Shown here: positions 47,358 through 59,630 of the stretch, in pieces | Layout of the letters: every line of letters starts with the position of its first letter | Position numbering within the stretch: the first letter of the stretch is position 1 | Assembly (NCBI GenBank): GCA_963621525.1 | Contig: CAVFER010000002.1 | Span: 25,773 to 89,772, forward strand | DNA from: a bacterium | GTDB lineage: Bacteria > Bacillota > Clostridia > Lachnospirales > Lachnospiraceae | DNA: 64,000 nt | Direction of reading: 5' to 3' | Notes under the pieces: generated by a model | Seen by the model: only the letters and a program-made list of their open reading frames with translations | Databases searched by the model: none | Told to the model about the DNA's origin: nothing | Position numbers and translations under genes: made by a program

Positions 47358-48363
47358 TGGTTACTGCCTCCTGACTTCCATTATCTGCCTGTGCATAGAG
47401 CCAGCAGCGTACCTGACGGTCTTCTCCGACTGAAAATACCGGTGGTTCTTCCTTACGGCAGCGGTCGCAGGCTTTTGGACATCTTGGCCAGAAGCGGCAG
47501 CCCTTGATGCGCTCTACCGGGTTTGGAACCATACCTTCAATGGTGGACAATGGTTTGCGCTCCTTGGTGATCCTTGGGATAGCGCTTAAAAGTCCCTGTG
47601 TATAAGGATGGAGCGGTTCACGGAAAATGTCAGCTACAGGCGCTTTTTCTACAATGTGGCCGTTATACATAACAATAACCGTGTCACACAGCTCACTTAC
47701 AACTCCCAGATCATGGGTGATAAATACGACTGAGGTGTTCATTTCCTGATTCAGATCACGGATCAGGTCCAGGATCTGTGCCTGAATGGTCACATCCAGA
47801 GCAGTGGTAGGCTCATCTGCAATGAGGATCTGTGGCTGACAGGCTAAAGCCATGGCGATCATCACACGCTGGCGCATACCGCCGGACATCTGGTGGGGAT
47901 ATTCATAAGCACGGGCCTGTGGATTGGCAATACCAACGGCCTGCATCATTTTGATGGCTTCTTCCATGGCTTCTTTTTTCTTCATCCCCCGGTGAAGCCG
48001 TAAGGACTCTGCAATCTGCTTTCCGCAGCGGATGATGGGATTTAAAGAAGTCATAGGTTCCTGGAAGATCATGGAGATCTCGTTTCCGCGGATCTTCTGC
48101 ATTTCCCGTTCAGAAAGCTGTACCAGATCCTTTCCATTATATAAGATCTGTCCGCCGGTAACTTTGCCGGGAGGATTCGGGATCAGCTGCATCATAGCCA
48201 GGGAAGACACACTTTTTCCGCTTCCGCTTTCTCCTACGATGCCTAACTTCTCACCGCGGTGAAGCGTATAGCTTAAGTGGTCTACTGCGTGTACCGTTCC
48301 GGCCATGGTCTTGAATTCCACACACAGATCATTTATTTCAAGTAATGTTTCTGACTGGTTCAT
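47350..48363 (-). CDS. Peptide ABC transporter ATP-binding protein (OppD/DppD-like)
   Basis: [35 protein letters not shown] and a C-terminal [14 protein letters not shown] motif. Confidence 0.9.
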   Translation of the reverse strand: MNQSETLLEINDLCVEFKTMAGTVHAVDHLSYTLHRGEKLGIVGESGSGKSVSSLAMMQLIPNPPGKVTGGQILYNGKDLVQLSEREMQKIRGNEISMIFQEPMTSLNPIIRCGKQIAESLRLHRGMKKKEAMEEAIKMMQAVGIANPQARAYEYPHQMSGGMRQRVMIAMALACQPQILIADEPTTALDVTIQAQILDLIRDLNQEMNTSVVFITHDLGVVSELCDTVIVMYNGHIVEKAPVADIFREPLHPYTQGLLSAIPRITKERKPLSTIEGMVPNPVERIKGCRFWPRCPKACDRCRKEEPPVFSVGEDRQVRCWLYAQADNGSQEAVTNG

Positions 48364-48588
48364 GGTTTTCTCTCATTTCTACAGGATTCTATGGGTAAAC
48401 AAACCTATTATCCGACGAAAGGATCGGATAAGGACAATACGTTTGTCAGTTTAAAGCGGCAAAGTATCAACAGGAAAAAAAAACAACATTACATAGTTTG
48501 GATACAGTTGATAAAGCTTAGGATACCATATTCTTTAAGGAAATTCAACTGGTGGGACAAGGTTCTTTTTATAAAATGTTACAGTTCA

Positions 48589-50791
<2,203 letters not shown>

Positions 50792-51003
50792 AAAGTTCTC
50801 CTTTTTGGGATGCAGTAACCGTCCAAAATTCAAAAATCCTCTTGCAAGCAAGATTGCATCGGATTTTAGACTTTTTGACACTGGTGTCATTATATATTAT
50901 ATGTAGGAAAATTACAACGTTACCGTACATAGGCAGGCACTTTTGGAACCGAAAATCTCTACCCATGAACAGTAACATTACAATTTATGGGAGACAGGGC
51001 GTC

Positions 51004-51032
51004 TTGACGAAAGCCCCGTAAACGCTTATACT
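51004..51032 (+). promoter_or_regulatory. metG promoter
   Basis: TTGACG, 17-nt spacer, TATACT. There is no T-box between the promoter and the start codon. Confidence 0.6.
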
Positions 51033-51081
51033 TACATCATTAGAATGCCCCAAAAGGGGGATGGAAAGAGGGATTTAAAAT

Positions 51082-53064
51082 ATGTGTCAGGATTGTAAGA
51101 AAAAACCGTATTATATTACAACTGCCATCGCATATGCTTCCGGTAAGCCGCATATCGGCAACACCTACGAGATCGTGCTGGCAGACAGTATTGCAAGATA
51201 TAAGAGAGCTCAGGGATACGATGTATTCTTCCAGACCGGAACCGATGAGCATGGACAGAAGATCGAAGAGAAGGCAGAGGCTGCAGGTGTTACTCCACAG
51301 GAATTTGTAGACAAGGCTGCCGGTGAGATCAAGCGTATCTGGGATCTGATGAACACTTCCTACGATAAGTTTATCCGTACCACAGATGCTGACCATGAAG
51401 CACAGGTACAGAAGATCTTTAAGAAACTGTATGACCAGGGCGATATTTACAAAGGCGCTTATGAAGGACTTTACTGTACTCCATGTGAGTCTTTCTGGAC
51501 TCCCTCCCAATTAGTAGACGGCAAGTGCCCCGACTGTGGCAGAGAAGTTAAGCCGGCAAAGGAAGAGGCGTATTTCTTCCGTATGAGCAAATATGCACCT
51601 CAGCTGATCGAGTACATTAATTCTCACCCAGAGTTTATCCAGCCTGTTTCCAGAAAGAATGAGATGATGAACAACTTCCTTCTTCCGGGACTTCAGGATC
51701 TGTGTGTGTCCAGAACTACTTTTGACTGGGGTATTCCGGTAACCTTTGATCCAAAGCATGTTACCTATGTATGGCTGGATGCACTGACCAACTATATTAC
51801 CGGTATCGGTTATGACTGCGATGGAAATAGCACTGATCAGTTCAAGAAATACTGGCCTGCAGACCTGCATCTGATCGGTAAGGATATTATCCGCTTCCAT
51901 ACCATTTACTGGCCAATCTTCCTGATGGCTTTAGGCGTACCCCTTCCAAAGCAGGTATTTGGTCATCCGTGGCTGCTTCAGGGCGATGGCAAGATGAGCA
52001 AATCCAAGGGAAATGTTCTCTATGCAGATACTCTGGTAGATTTCTTTGGGGTAGATGCAGTGCGTTACTTCGTGCTTCATGAAATGCCATTTGAAAATGA
52101 CGGTGTTATCTCCTGGGAACTGATGGTAGAGCGTATGAACTCTGACCTGGCAAATATCCTTGGAAACCTTGTAAATCGTACCATTTCCATGAGCAATAAG
52201 TACTTTGACGGTGTTGTAGAAAACAAGGGTGTTGCAGAAGCTGTTGATGAAGACTTAAAGGCTGTTGTATTAGAGGAAGTGAAGAAGGCAGATGCAAAGA
52301 TGGCTCAGCTGCGAGTGGCAGATGCCATTACAGAGATCTTTGGTATCTTCAGAAGATGCAACAAGTACATTGATGAGACCACTCCATGGACTCTTGCAAA
52401 GGATGAAGCTAAGAAAGACCGTCTTGCAACGGTTCTTTACAATCTGACAGAGGCGATCACGATCGGTGCTTCCCTGTTAGAGGCATTTATGCCTGAGACT
52501 TCTGAGAAGATTTTAACTCAGTTAAATACAAAGAAGAGAGAGCTGGGTGAAATGGATACCTTCGGTCTTTATCCTTCAGGAAATAAGGTAACAGACAAGC
52601 CTGAGATCCTTTTTGCACGTATGGATATCAAGGAAGTTATGGCAAAAGTAGAGGAAATGCACGCAGCAGCTGCAGAAGAAAGTGCAAAACCGGCAGAAGA
52701 AGCAGCTGAAGATGATAGCATTGACTTAGAGCCAAAGGCAGAGATCACCTACGATGATTTCGCAAAACTGCAGTTCCAGATTGGTGAGATTGTTAAATGT
52801 GAGGCAGTTCCTAAGTCCAAAAAACTTCTCTGCTCTCAGGTAAAGATCGGAACCAAGACCCGCCAGATCGTAAGCGGCATCAAAGCTCATTATTCACCAG
52901 AGGAAATGGTAGGAAAGAAAGTTATGGTAGTGACCAACTTAAAGCCTGCTAAATTAGCCGGAGTCGTATCCGAAGGAATGCTCCTGTGCGCAGAAGATGC
53001 AGATGGAAATCTGTCCTTAATGGTACCGGAAAAGAAGATGCCGGCTGGAGCTGAGATCTGCTGA
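51082..53064 (+). CDS. metG: Methionine--tRNA ligase with C-terminal tRNA-binding (Trbp111/EMAPII-like) domain
   Basis: HIGN (HIGH motif), KMSKS, a zinc knuckle CTPCE...CPDCG, and a C-terminal domain VKCEAVPKSKKLLCSQVKIG. Confidence 0.95.
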   Translation: MCQDCKKKPYYITTAIAYASGKPHIGNTYEIVLADSIARYKRAQGYDVFFQTGTDEHGQKIEEKAEAAGVTPQEFVDKAAGEIKRIWDLMNTSYDKFIRTTDADHEAQVQKIFKKLYDQGDIYKGAYEGLYCTPCESFWTPSQLVDGKCPDCGREVKPAKEEAYFFRMSKYAPQLIEYINSHPEFIQPVSRKNEMMNNFLLPGLQDLCVSRTTFDWGIPVTFDPKHVTYVWLDALTNYITGIGYDCDGNSTDQFKKYWPADLHLIGKDIIRFHTIYWPIFLMALGVPLPKQVFGHPWLLQGDGKMSKSKGNVLYADTLVDFFGVDAVRYFVLHEMPFENDGVISWELMVERMNSDLANILGNLVNRTISMSNKYFDGVVENKGVAEAVDEDLKAVVLEEVKKADAKMAQLRVADAITEIFGIFRRCNKYIDETTPWTLAKDEAKKDRLATVLYNLTEAITIGASLLEAFMPETSEKILTQLNTKKRELGEMDTFGLYPSGNKVTDKPEILFARMDIKEVMAKVEEMHAAAAEESAKPAEEAAEDDSIDLEPKAEITYDDFAKLQFQIGEIVKCEAVPKSKKLLCSQVKIGTKTRQIVSGIKAHYSPEEMVGKKVMVVTNLKPAKLAGVVSEGMLLCAEDADGNLSLMVPEKKMPAGAEIC

Positions 53065-53103
53065 TAGATCAGTAAATTCATATACAGATCACCTCATAAA
53101 ATA

Positions 53104-53152
53104 CAGGGATCCAAACTGTACCAGGACTGGCACAGCTGGGTCCCTGTTTGTT
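53104..53152 (+). terminator. metG terminator candidate
   Basis: CAGGGATCC/GGGTCCCTG stem (one G-U pair) with a long interior, followed by TTTGTT. Confidence 0.55.
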
Positions 53153-53320
53153 AGTGTGCTATTTCATTAACAGTGGATACAGTTCACTGCCAGCCGTCTC
53201 TTGGACCTGCTTCTGTAATTTCAATTATCGTGATTTTTGCGGTATATGTGGGCGCAGGATAATTGAGAAAAACAATCGAAATGCAAACTTTTGTTTACAT
53301 CCGTTTACACAAGCGCTGAA

Positions 53321-53348
53321 TTGACAGGTGCTTTATTTCAGGTATAAT
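53321..53348 (+). promoter_or_regulatory. moeA promoter
   Basis: TTGACA, 16-nt spacer, TATAAT. Confidence 0.6.
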
Positions 53349-53449
53349 ATTTTGCGAAACGATATACAAACAGTAAGAATATACGATAGAAATTTGATAT
53401 AAAGCGAAAGAGTTCAAGAAAACACAAGCAAGCACAGGAGGAACGACCA

Positions 53450-54646
53450 ATGCAGATCAGTTTGGAAGAGGCACTGGATATTCTTGTCAATCATATAACA
53501 CCGGGAAAAGCAGAAAGAAAATATTTGGAAGAATGTCTGGGACTGGTACTTTCAGAAGATGTATATGCGCTCCTTGATATGCCGCCGTTCAGCCGTTCAG
53601 CTCTGGATGGCTATGCATTCCGGGCTAAAGACAGTGCCGGCGCTTCCAAAGAGCAGCCGGTATGTTTGAAGGTAGCGGGAAAAGTATACGCCGGGGATTT
53701 CACGGAGGCAGAAGTAAAGCCGGGAGAGGCGATCCGTATTATGACAGGTGCCATGATACCTGCGGGTGCTGACTGTGTTCTCCGCCAGGAAGATACAGAT
53801 GAAGGGGAAGAAACGGTTCAGATCTATACAGAAGTAGAACCTGGTTTTTGCATCTGTTTTAAAGGAGAAGAATATAAAAAAGGCCATATCCTGCTCCATA
53901 AAGGTACAAAGGTCGATGCAGCGGCTCTGGCCGTTGCCAGCGGAAACGGCATTATGAAGCTGCCGGTTTATGGGCGGGTAGAAGCGGCAGTTGTTTCTTC
54001 CGGCAGTGAGGTAGTAGAGCCGGGCACAGCATTGACTCCCGGAAAAATATACAATACCAATACGGTATATATGAAAGCTCGTTTACATCAGCTAGGTGCC
54101 CGGGTAATGATGAGCCGGACTGTGGGAGATGAGCTGGATGTTATGACTGAGGCTTTAAAAGAAGCAGCCGGTCAGGCGGAACTGGTGATCACTACCGGTG
54201 GTGTTTCTGTAGGACAGAAGGATCTGACAGAAGAAGCACTGCTTTCTATTGGAGCTAAGATCCTGTTTCATGGTATTGCCATTAAACCGGGGATGCCCAC
54301 CCTTGCTGCTAAAAAAGACGGTGTTCTGTTTATAGGACTTTCCGGCAATCCATTTTCTGCGGCAATCCCATTTGAGATGTTTGTACGTGAGATTCTGTCA
54401 TTAAAAATGGGCGATCCGGATCTGAAACTGCGCCGGGAAACTCTTACCGCTGTAACCGGTTTCTCAAAAAACAGCCAAAAACGTCGCTTCCTCAGGGGAA
54501 AAGCAGAAGGAAAAGAAGTCTGGCTTCCGGACCAGCAGGCAAATGGGCAGATGCGCAGCATGGTAGGCTGCAACTGCTTGATTGAGATACCGGCAGGAAG
54601 CGGACCGGTGAATGCGGGAGACAAGGTGGAAGTGCTGTGGCTGTAG
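53450..54646 (+). CDS. moeA: Molybdopterin molybdotransferase
   Basis: 398 aa with SALDGYAF, IMTGAMIPAGADCV, ITTGGVSVGQKD and GLSGNP motifs. Confidence 0.85.
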   Translation: MQISLEEALDILVNHITPGKAERKYLEECLGLVLSEDVYALLDMPPFSRSALDGYAFRAKDSAGASKEQPVCLKVAGKVYAGDFTEAEVKPGEAIRIMTGAMIPAGADCVLRQEDTDEGEETVQIYTEVEPGFCICFKGEEYKKGHILLHKGTKVDAAALAVASGNGIMKLPVYGRVEAAVVSSGSEVVEPGTALTPGKIYNTNTVYMKARLHQLGARVMMSRTVGDELDVMTEALKEAAGQAELVITTGGVSVGQKDLTEEALLSIGAKILFHGIAIKPGMPTLAAKKDGVLFIGLSGNPFSAAIPFEMFVREILSLKMGDPDLKLRRETLTAVTGFSKNSQKRRFLRGKAEGKEVWLPDQQANGQMRSMVGCNCLIEIPAGSGPVNAGDKVEVLWL

Positions 54647-54735
54647 GAATGCAGGCAGCGACTGGTGGAAAATCGGCTGCAAAGGCAAGTACAGGAAAGA
54701 CTCCGAGAATACATTCTTAAGTTGGAGGAAAACAT

Positions 54736-56016
54736 ATGGAAAATAACACATTTGCTTTAAAGGGAAATATCGTATATGCAAAAGACAGCAATGAATTATG
54801 CATCAATGAGCAAAAATATCTTGTCTGTGAAAATGGAAAGGTCCAGGGGATTTATACGCAGCTTCCGGAAGATATGAAAAATATTCCGGTAGAAGATATG
54901 GGCGATAAGCTGATTATCCCGGGACTTACCGATCTTCATGTTCATGCTCCGCAATATTCCTTCCGAGGCCTGGGAATGGATATGGAGCTTCTTGAATGGC
55001 TGGAGACCAATACATTTCCGGAAGAAGCGAAATACAAGGATCTGGAATATGCGAAAAAAGCATATGGCATTTTTACAGAACAGATGCGAAAAAGTGCTGC
55101 CACAAGGGCATGCATTTTCGCCACAGTCCATAAAGAAGCTACTGTTTTACTTATGGACCTGATGGAAGAAAGCGGTCTTTCTACTATGATCGGAAAGGTA
55201 AATATGGACCGCAACAGCCCGGATTATCTGCGGGAGCCGTCGGCGGAAGCATCAGAAACGGCTACCAGAGAGTGGCTGAAAATGGTGGCTGACAAAAATT
55301 ATGACCACACAAGGCCAATCCTTACGCCAAGGTTTACACCAAGCTGTACCGATGAACTGATGGAACGGTTAAAAGGCATCCGGAAAGAGTATGACCTGTC
55401 TGTGCAGTCCCATCTGTCTGAAAATCCGGGAGAGATCGACTGGGTGAAGGAATTATGCCCCTGGTCTGAATTTTACGGGGATGCCTATGATCATTTTGGG
55501 CTGTTTGGCGGAGAATGTCCTACGATCATGGCTCACTGTGTTTATTCAGGGGAAGAAGAGATCTCCCGCATGAAAGAAAATGGAGTATTTATCGCCCACT
55601 GTCCTGCCTCCAATACCAATCTTTCTTCCGGCGTAGCACCGGTGCGCCGCTATCTGGAAGAAGGTCTGAATATTGGACTGGGAAGTGATGTAGCAGGCGG
55701 AACAACGGAAAACCTGTTTGCAGCCATGGCCCATGCGATCCAGGCATCCAAACTTCGCTGGAGACTGCTAGATGCGTCCTTAAAACCGCTGACAATTGAA
55801 GAAGTATTTTATATGGCAACCAAAGGAGGCGGAGCTTTCTTTGGTAAAGTGGGAAGCTTTGAGCCTGGCTATGAATTTGACGCAGTAGTTTGCGATGACA
55901 GCCGATTAGAACATCCCCAGCCGCTGACTGTGAAGCAGAGGCTGGAGCGGATCATTTATCTGGGGGATGAGAGAGAAGTGGCAGGAAAATATGTAGAAGG
56001 AAGAAAGCTGTTTTGA
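54736..56016 (+). CDS. guaD: Guanine deaminase (amidohydrolase superfamily, E. coli GuaD type)
   Basis: DLHVHAPQ (HxH), LLEWLETNTFPEE..YKDLEYA, GKVNMDRNSPDYL, SHLSEN, AHC, and GLGSDVAGG. These are collinear with E. coli GuaD as I recall it. Confidence 0.75.
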   Translation: MENNTFALKGNIVYAKDSNELCINEQKYLVCENGKVQGIYTQLPEDMKNIPVEDMGDKLIIPGLTDLHVHAPQYSFRGLGMDMELLEWLETNTFPEEAKYKDLEYAKKAYGIFTEQMRKSAATRACIFATVHKEATVLLMDLMEESGLSTMIGKVNMDRNSPDYLREPSAEASETATREWLKMVADKNYDHTRPILTPRFTPSCTDELMERLKGIRKEYDLSVQSHLSENPGEIDWVKELCPWSEFYGDAYDHFGLFGGECPTIMAHCVYSGEEEISRMKENGVFIAHCPASNTNLSSGVAPVRRYLEEGLNIGLGSDVAGGTTENLFAAMAHAIQASKLRWRLLDASLKPLTIEEVFYMATKGGGAFFGKVGSFEPGYEFDAVVCDDSRLEHPQPLTVKQRLERIIYLGDEREVAGKYVEGRKLF

Positions 56017-56056
56017 TTACGAGAAAGCAGGCTGGGTTCGGTCATTTACATCGTAT

Positions 56057-56086
56057 AAAAAGCAGCCTGTTCTGGCTGCTTTTCTT
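56057..56086 (+). terminator. guaD intrinsic terminator
   Basis: AGCAGCC/GGCTGCT stem with a 6-nt loop, flanked by AAAA and TTTCTT. Confidence 0.7.
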
Positions 56087-56148
56087 GTAAACCACCCGGC
56101 TTCATGTTATGATGCTTATGTATTTAATCCGCAGGAGGCATAAGCAAT

Positions 56149-56928
56149 ATGATATTTGATACACATGCCCATTATGACGATGAAGCCTTTGACGAGGACA
56201 GAGAGCAGCTTTTGGCAACTTTTAAGGAAAATGGCATCGGTGCTGTTACAAATGTGGCCGCCAGTCTTTCCAGCTGCAAAACAACACTGGAGCTTGCCAG
56301 AAACCATGATTTTATGTATGCTGCTTTAGGCGTACATCCAAGCGAAAGCGCAGAACTATCGGATGAAGGCTTAAAAGAGATTGAAACCTGGTGCACCGAA
56401 AGACAGGACGGCAAGGTCCGCGCTATTGGTGAGATCGGCCTTGATTATTACTGGGAAGAGCCGGACAAAGAGATCCAGAAAAAATGGTTTGTGGCCCAGT
56501 TAGATCTGGCCCGCAGGTTAAAGCTTCCGGTGATCATCCATAGCCGTGATGCTGCAAAAGATACTTTAGACATTATGAAGGCAGAACACGCAGGGGATAT
56601 TGGCGGTGTGATCCACTGTTTTTCCTATACAAAGGAAATGGCAAGAGAATACCTGGATATGGGATTTTTCCTTGGTATTGGCGGTGTGCTCACCTTTAAA
56701 AACTCCAGAAAACTGGTAGAAACCGTAGAATATGCCCCCTTAGACCGCCTGGTACTGGAAACTGACTGCCCATATCTGGCACCTGTTCCTAACCGGGGAA
56801 AGCGAAATTCTTCTCTGAATCTGACCTACGTGGCAGACCAGCTGGCTGCGCTCAAAGGTATAGACCGGGAAACAGTAGAGAAAATGACCTGGGATAATGC
56901 CGGAAGGCTTTATCGTTTACAGGTGTAG
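56149..56928 (+). CDS. tatD: TatD-family metal-dependent hydrolase/DNase
   Basis: MIFDTHAHYDD, GEIGLDYYW, IIHSRDA, HCFS and ETDCPYLAP motifs. Confidence 0.9.
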   Translation: MIFDTHAHYDDEAFDEDREQLLATFKENGIGAVTNVAASLSSCKTTLELARNHDFMYAALGVHPSESAELSDEGLKEIETWCTERQDGKVRAIGEIGLDYYWEEPDKEIQKKWFVAQLDLARRLKLPVIIHSRDAAKDTLDIMKAEHAGDIGGVIHCFSYTKEMAREYLDMGFFLGIGGVLTFKNSRKLVETVEYAPLDRLVLETDCPYLAPVPNRGKRNSSLNLTYVADQLAALKGIDRETVEKMTWDNAGRLYRLQV

Positions 56929-56997
56929 ATTCACCTACCGTTGGCGGGTGAAAATGATGCAATAACAGAAAGAAGACAAAAGCAGGTAAAATTATAG

Positions 56998-57858
56998 ATG
57001 AATCAGAAATTATCAGATCCGAAAAAAACAATTGAAGTCATTCAGAAGTATCAGTTTGCATTCCAGAAGCGCTTCGGCCAGAACTTCCTCATTGATGCCC
57101 ATGTTCTGGAAAAAATTATAAGTGCAGCAGGTATTACAAAGGATGACTGCGTTCTGGAGATCGGTCCGGGAATCGGTACCATGACCCAGTATCTGGCAGA
57201 AAGTGCCGGACAAGTGATCGCAGTGGAGATCGACACCAATCTGCTGCCTATTCTTGCAGATACATTAAAGGACTATTCCAATGTAAAAGTCATCAATCAG
57301 GACATCCTGAAGGTAGATATCAATGAACTGGTAAAGGAATACAATAACGGCAGACCCATCAAAGTAGTTGCCAATCTGCCATATTACATTACCACCCCGA
57401 TCATCATGGGGCTGTTTGAAAGCAATGTGCCAATCGACAATATCACTGTTATGGTCCAGAAAGAAGTGGCAGACCGTATGCAGGTAGGACCGGGATCAAA
57501 AGACTATGGCGCCCTGTCTCTGGCAGTGCAGTACTACGCAAGCCCGTATATTGTGGCAAATGTGCCGCCAAACTGCTTTATCCCAAGACCAAATGTTGGC
57601 TCTGCGGTGATCCGTCTGACTCGCTATCAGGAACCGCCGGTGCAGGTAAAAGATCCAAAGCTGATGTTCAAGCTGATCCGGGCCTCCTTTAACCAGAGAA
57701 GAAAAACACTGCAGAATGGCTTAAATAACTCACCGGAGATCTCATTTTCAAAAGAAGAGATTACAAAGGCCATTGAGAGCCTGGGAGTATCGCCTTCGGT
57801 CCGGGGTGAAGCATTAACCTTGGAGCAGTTTGCACAGTTAGCTAACTACTTACTGTAA
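56998..57858 (+). CDS. rsmA: 16S rRNA (adenine1518/1519-N6)-dimethyltransferase
   Basis: RFGQNFLID, LEIGPGIGTMT, VANLPYYITTPI and FNQRRKTL motifs. Confidence 0.95.
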   Translation: MNQKLSDPKKTIEVIQKYQFAFQKRFGQNFLIDAHVLEKIISAAGITKDDCVLEIGPGIGTMTQYLAESAGQVIAVEIDTNLLPILADTLKDYSNVKVINQDILKVDINELVKEYNNGRPIKVVANLPYYITTPIIMGLFESNVPIDNITVMVQKEVADRMQVGPGSKDYGALSLAVQYYASPYIVANVPPNCFIPRPNVGSAVIRLTRYQEPPVQVKDPKLMFKLIRASFNQRRKTLQNGLNNSPEISFSKEEITKAIESLGVSPSVRGEALTLEQFAQLANYLL

Positions 57859-57887
57859 AAGCTGACTTTTATTAAAAAGAAAGGCAA

Positions 57888-59126
57888 ATGCCTATGTCAG
57901 ATAAAAAAAGATGGATCCGGCTGGTTGTGGCGGCAGGTTTAGGTGCGATCGCCGGTGCATGGACTTATCAGATAAAAAAAGATAAAAAAGCGAAAAATGA
58001 TGCCAGACTGGCTACTGTGGAAGCTGCTGTAGTGCGCAGCAGAGATTATGGAAAACAGAAAGCTTATATTGTGGGAAATGGTTTAAGCGCTCTGGCAGCA
58101 GCAGTCTGGCTTATAAAAGACTGCCATTTCCCGGGAAGCAGCATTATGGTGCTTGGGGAAAATGATAAGTCAAAGGAAAGCGATACTTCTCTTGTAGTAA
58201 GCTGGGAAAACTGTGAGGATTTTCTGGAACTGTGTGGAAAACTTCCAGGTTTCGGGGAGAAAGTATTTACTTTCCCAAAAACAGACGGCAGAGAATGTCT
58301 GAACTGTGCAGATCTTCCGGTACTCTGGCGGCTGTTATGCACAGAAGAGGAACGACTGGATGTTTTAAGCATTGAAGACTGGTTCAGTGAAACCCCTCAC
58401 ATATTTGAGACAGATCTGTGGAAGCTGTGCCAGGGGGTGTTTGGTCTGAAAAAGGACAGCAGTCTGGCGGAATTTCGCAGATGTCTGTGTGAGCTGAAGG
58501 GCCCATTTTTGTTCCTTTCACCAGAGGAAACAGAGGATATGATCCATTCTCTGAAGTGGTATCTGCGTCGTAAAGGCGTTTTGCTGCTGGAAAATAGCCA
58601 GGTAACAGATCTGGAGATTGAAAATGGAAAGGGAAGCAGAAATGGTCTGGCTGTGAAAAAACTGTATGTAAAGCGCAGATTGCAGGAAGAAGAAACAGAC
58701 AGGGAATCTTTTGTATTTGAAAAGATAAATTTAAATTCCGGGGATATCTGCATTATGGAAAATGGCAGCGGTTCTGGAAAATTATGGCAAAAAGTAGCTG
58801 ATCTGAACATTGCTTTGGGAGAGCCGGAAGTTTTTGCAGAGGAAGATGGAGAACTTATGCCGCTTCGGCCGCATCATTTTACGGACCGGCCTAAAACGGT
58901 TCCAACCGGAAGCCGAAATATTGGCCTTGTGGGAGCATTTTCACGGCTGGAAGAAGGTTATTGCCTTACTGGAAACTATGCTGTGGCAAGTGCCAGAAGT
59001 GCAGTGGATGAGCTTTTGCATGCAGGAAAACGGGCGGTCGGAGCAGATGAAAAGAAACAGTCCGGGATCAGAAAAGGGATCACCGTTTACAAAGTGGTCC
59101 GTTCATTGTACCGCGCAGGTCTGTAA
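57888..59126 (+). CDS. Membrane-anchored protein with oleate-hydratase (MCRA)-like N-terminal dinucleotide-binding segment; function unknown
   Basis: The TM WIRLVVAAGLGAIAGAW is followed by KAYIVGNGLSALAAAVWLIKDCHFPGSSIMVLGE. That resembles the FAD-binding N-terminus of oleate hydratases, but the protein is about 180 aa shorter and diverges afterwards. Alternative start 57894. Confidence 0.4.
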   Translation: MPMSDKKRWIRLVVAAGLGAIAGAWTYQIKKDKKAKNDARLATVEAAVVRSRDYGKQKAYIVGNGLSALAAAVWLIKDCHFPGSSIMVLGENDKSKESDTSLVVSWENCEDFLELCGKLPGFGEKVFTFPKTDGRECLNCADLPVLWRLLCTEEERLDVLSIEDWFSETPHIFETDLWKLCQGVFGLKKDSSLAEFRRCLCELKGPFLFLSPEETEDMIHSLKWYLRRKGVLLLENSQVTDLEIENGKGSRNGLAVKKLYVKRRLQEEETDRESFVFEKINLNSGDICIMENGSGSGKLWQKVADLNIALGEPEVFAEEDGELMPLRPHHFTDRPKTVPTGSRNIGLVGAFSRLEEGYCLTGNYAVASARSAVDELLHAGKRAVGADEKKQSGIRKGITVYKVVRSLYRAGL

Positions 59127-59181
59127 CTTTCGTGTATGGTCACGCTGCCGCTTGGCGGCGATTAAAAAGGAGGACAGCAAA

Positions 59182-59580
59182 ATGCTGTTTATCGGAGGTA
59201 TCAGTCAGGGCCGGAAGCTGCTTAACTATGCAAGGAGCATTCTTTGCGGAAGCTGCGGCAGTACCAGTCAGAGTCAGGTCTTTATGACTTATATGTATTT
59301 CAGTTTTTTCTTTATTCCGCTGTTTAAGTGGAATAAGCGTTTTTATGTGCAGATGTCCTGCTGCAGCGCCATTTACGAGCTGGAGCCGGAGCTTGGAAAA
59401 GCCATATTAAGGGGCGAAGAACCGGCAATCACATCTGCCGATCTTCACCTGATCCAGGAAGGAAAATATACCCGTACCTGGCAGGAAGGCTCCGGAAATC
59501 CCCACAAGAAATGTATGCGCTGCGGATTTGAGACAGATGAGGATTACAATTACTGCCCGAAGTGCGGGGGGAGAATCTAA
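59182..59580 (+). CDS. Zinc-ribbon domain membrane protein
   Basis: AAGGAGG precedes ATG 59182. CGSCGS...hydrophobic segment...CMRCGFETDEDYNYCPKCG. The longer track ORF from 58810 overlaps the previous gene and is rejected. Confidence 0.6.
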   Translation: MLFIGGISQGRKLLNYARSILCGSCGSTSQSQVFMTYMYFSFFFIPLFKWNKRFYVQMSCCSAIYELEPELGKAILRGEEPAITSADLHLIQEGKYTRTWQEGSGNPHKKCMRCGFETDEDYNYCPKCGGRI

Positions 59581-59589
59581 GGAACGCAT

Positions 59590-59630
59590 AAGGAAAACAA
59601 GCGCCGCTTTAAGCGGCATTTGTTTTCCTT
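59590..59630 (+). terminator. Terminator-like long hairpin after the zinc-ribbon gene
   Basis: AAGGAAAACAA/TTGTTTTCCTT outer stem with a GCCGC/GCGGC inner stem. There is no strong distal T tract. Confidence 0.5.

Noticed and set aside
53349-53449. Possible molybdenum-cofactor (Moco) riboswitch in the moeA leader.
   Set aside because: The leader is about 100 nt, AT-rich and shows no extended helices or GC-rich conserved Moco-motif blocks.
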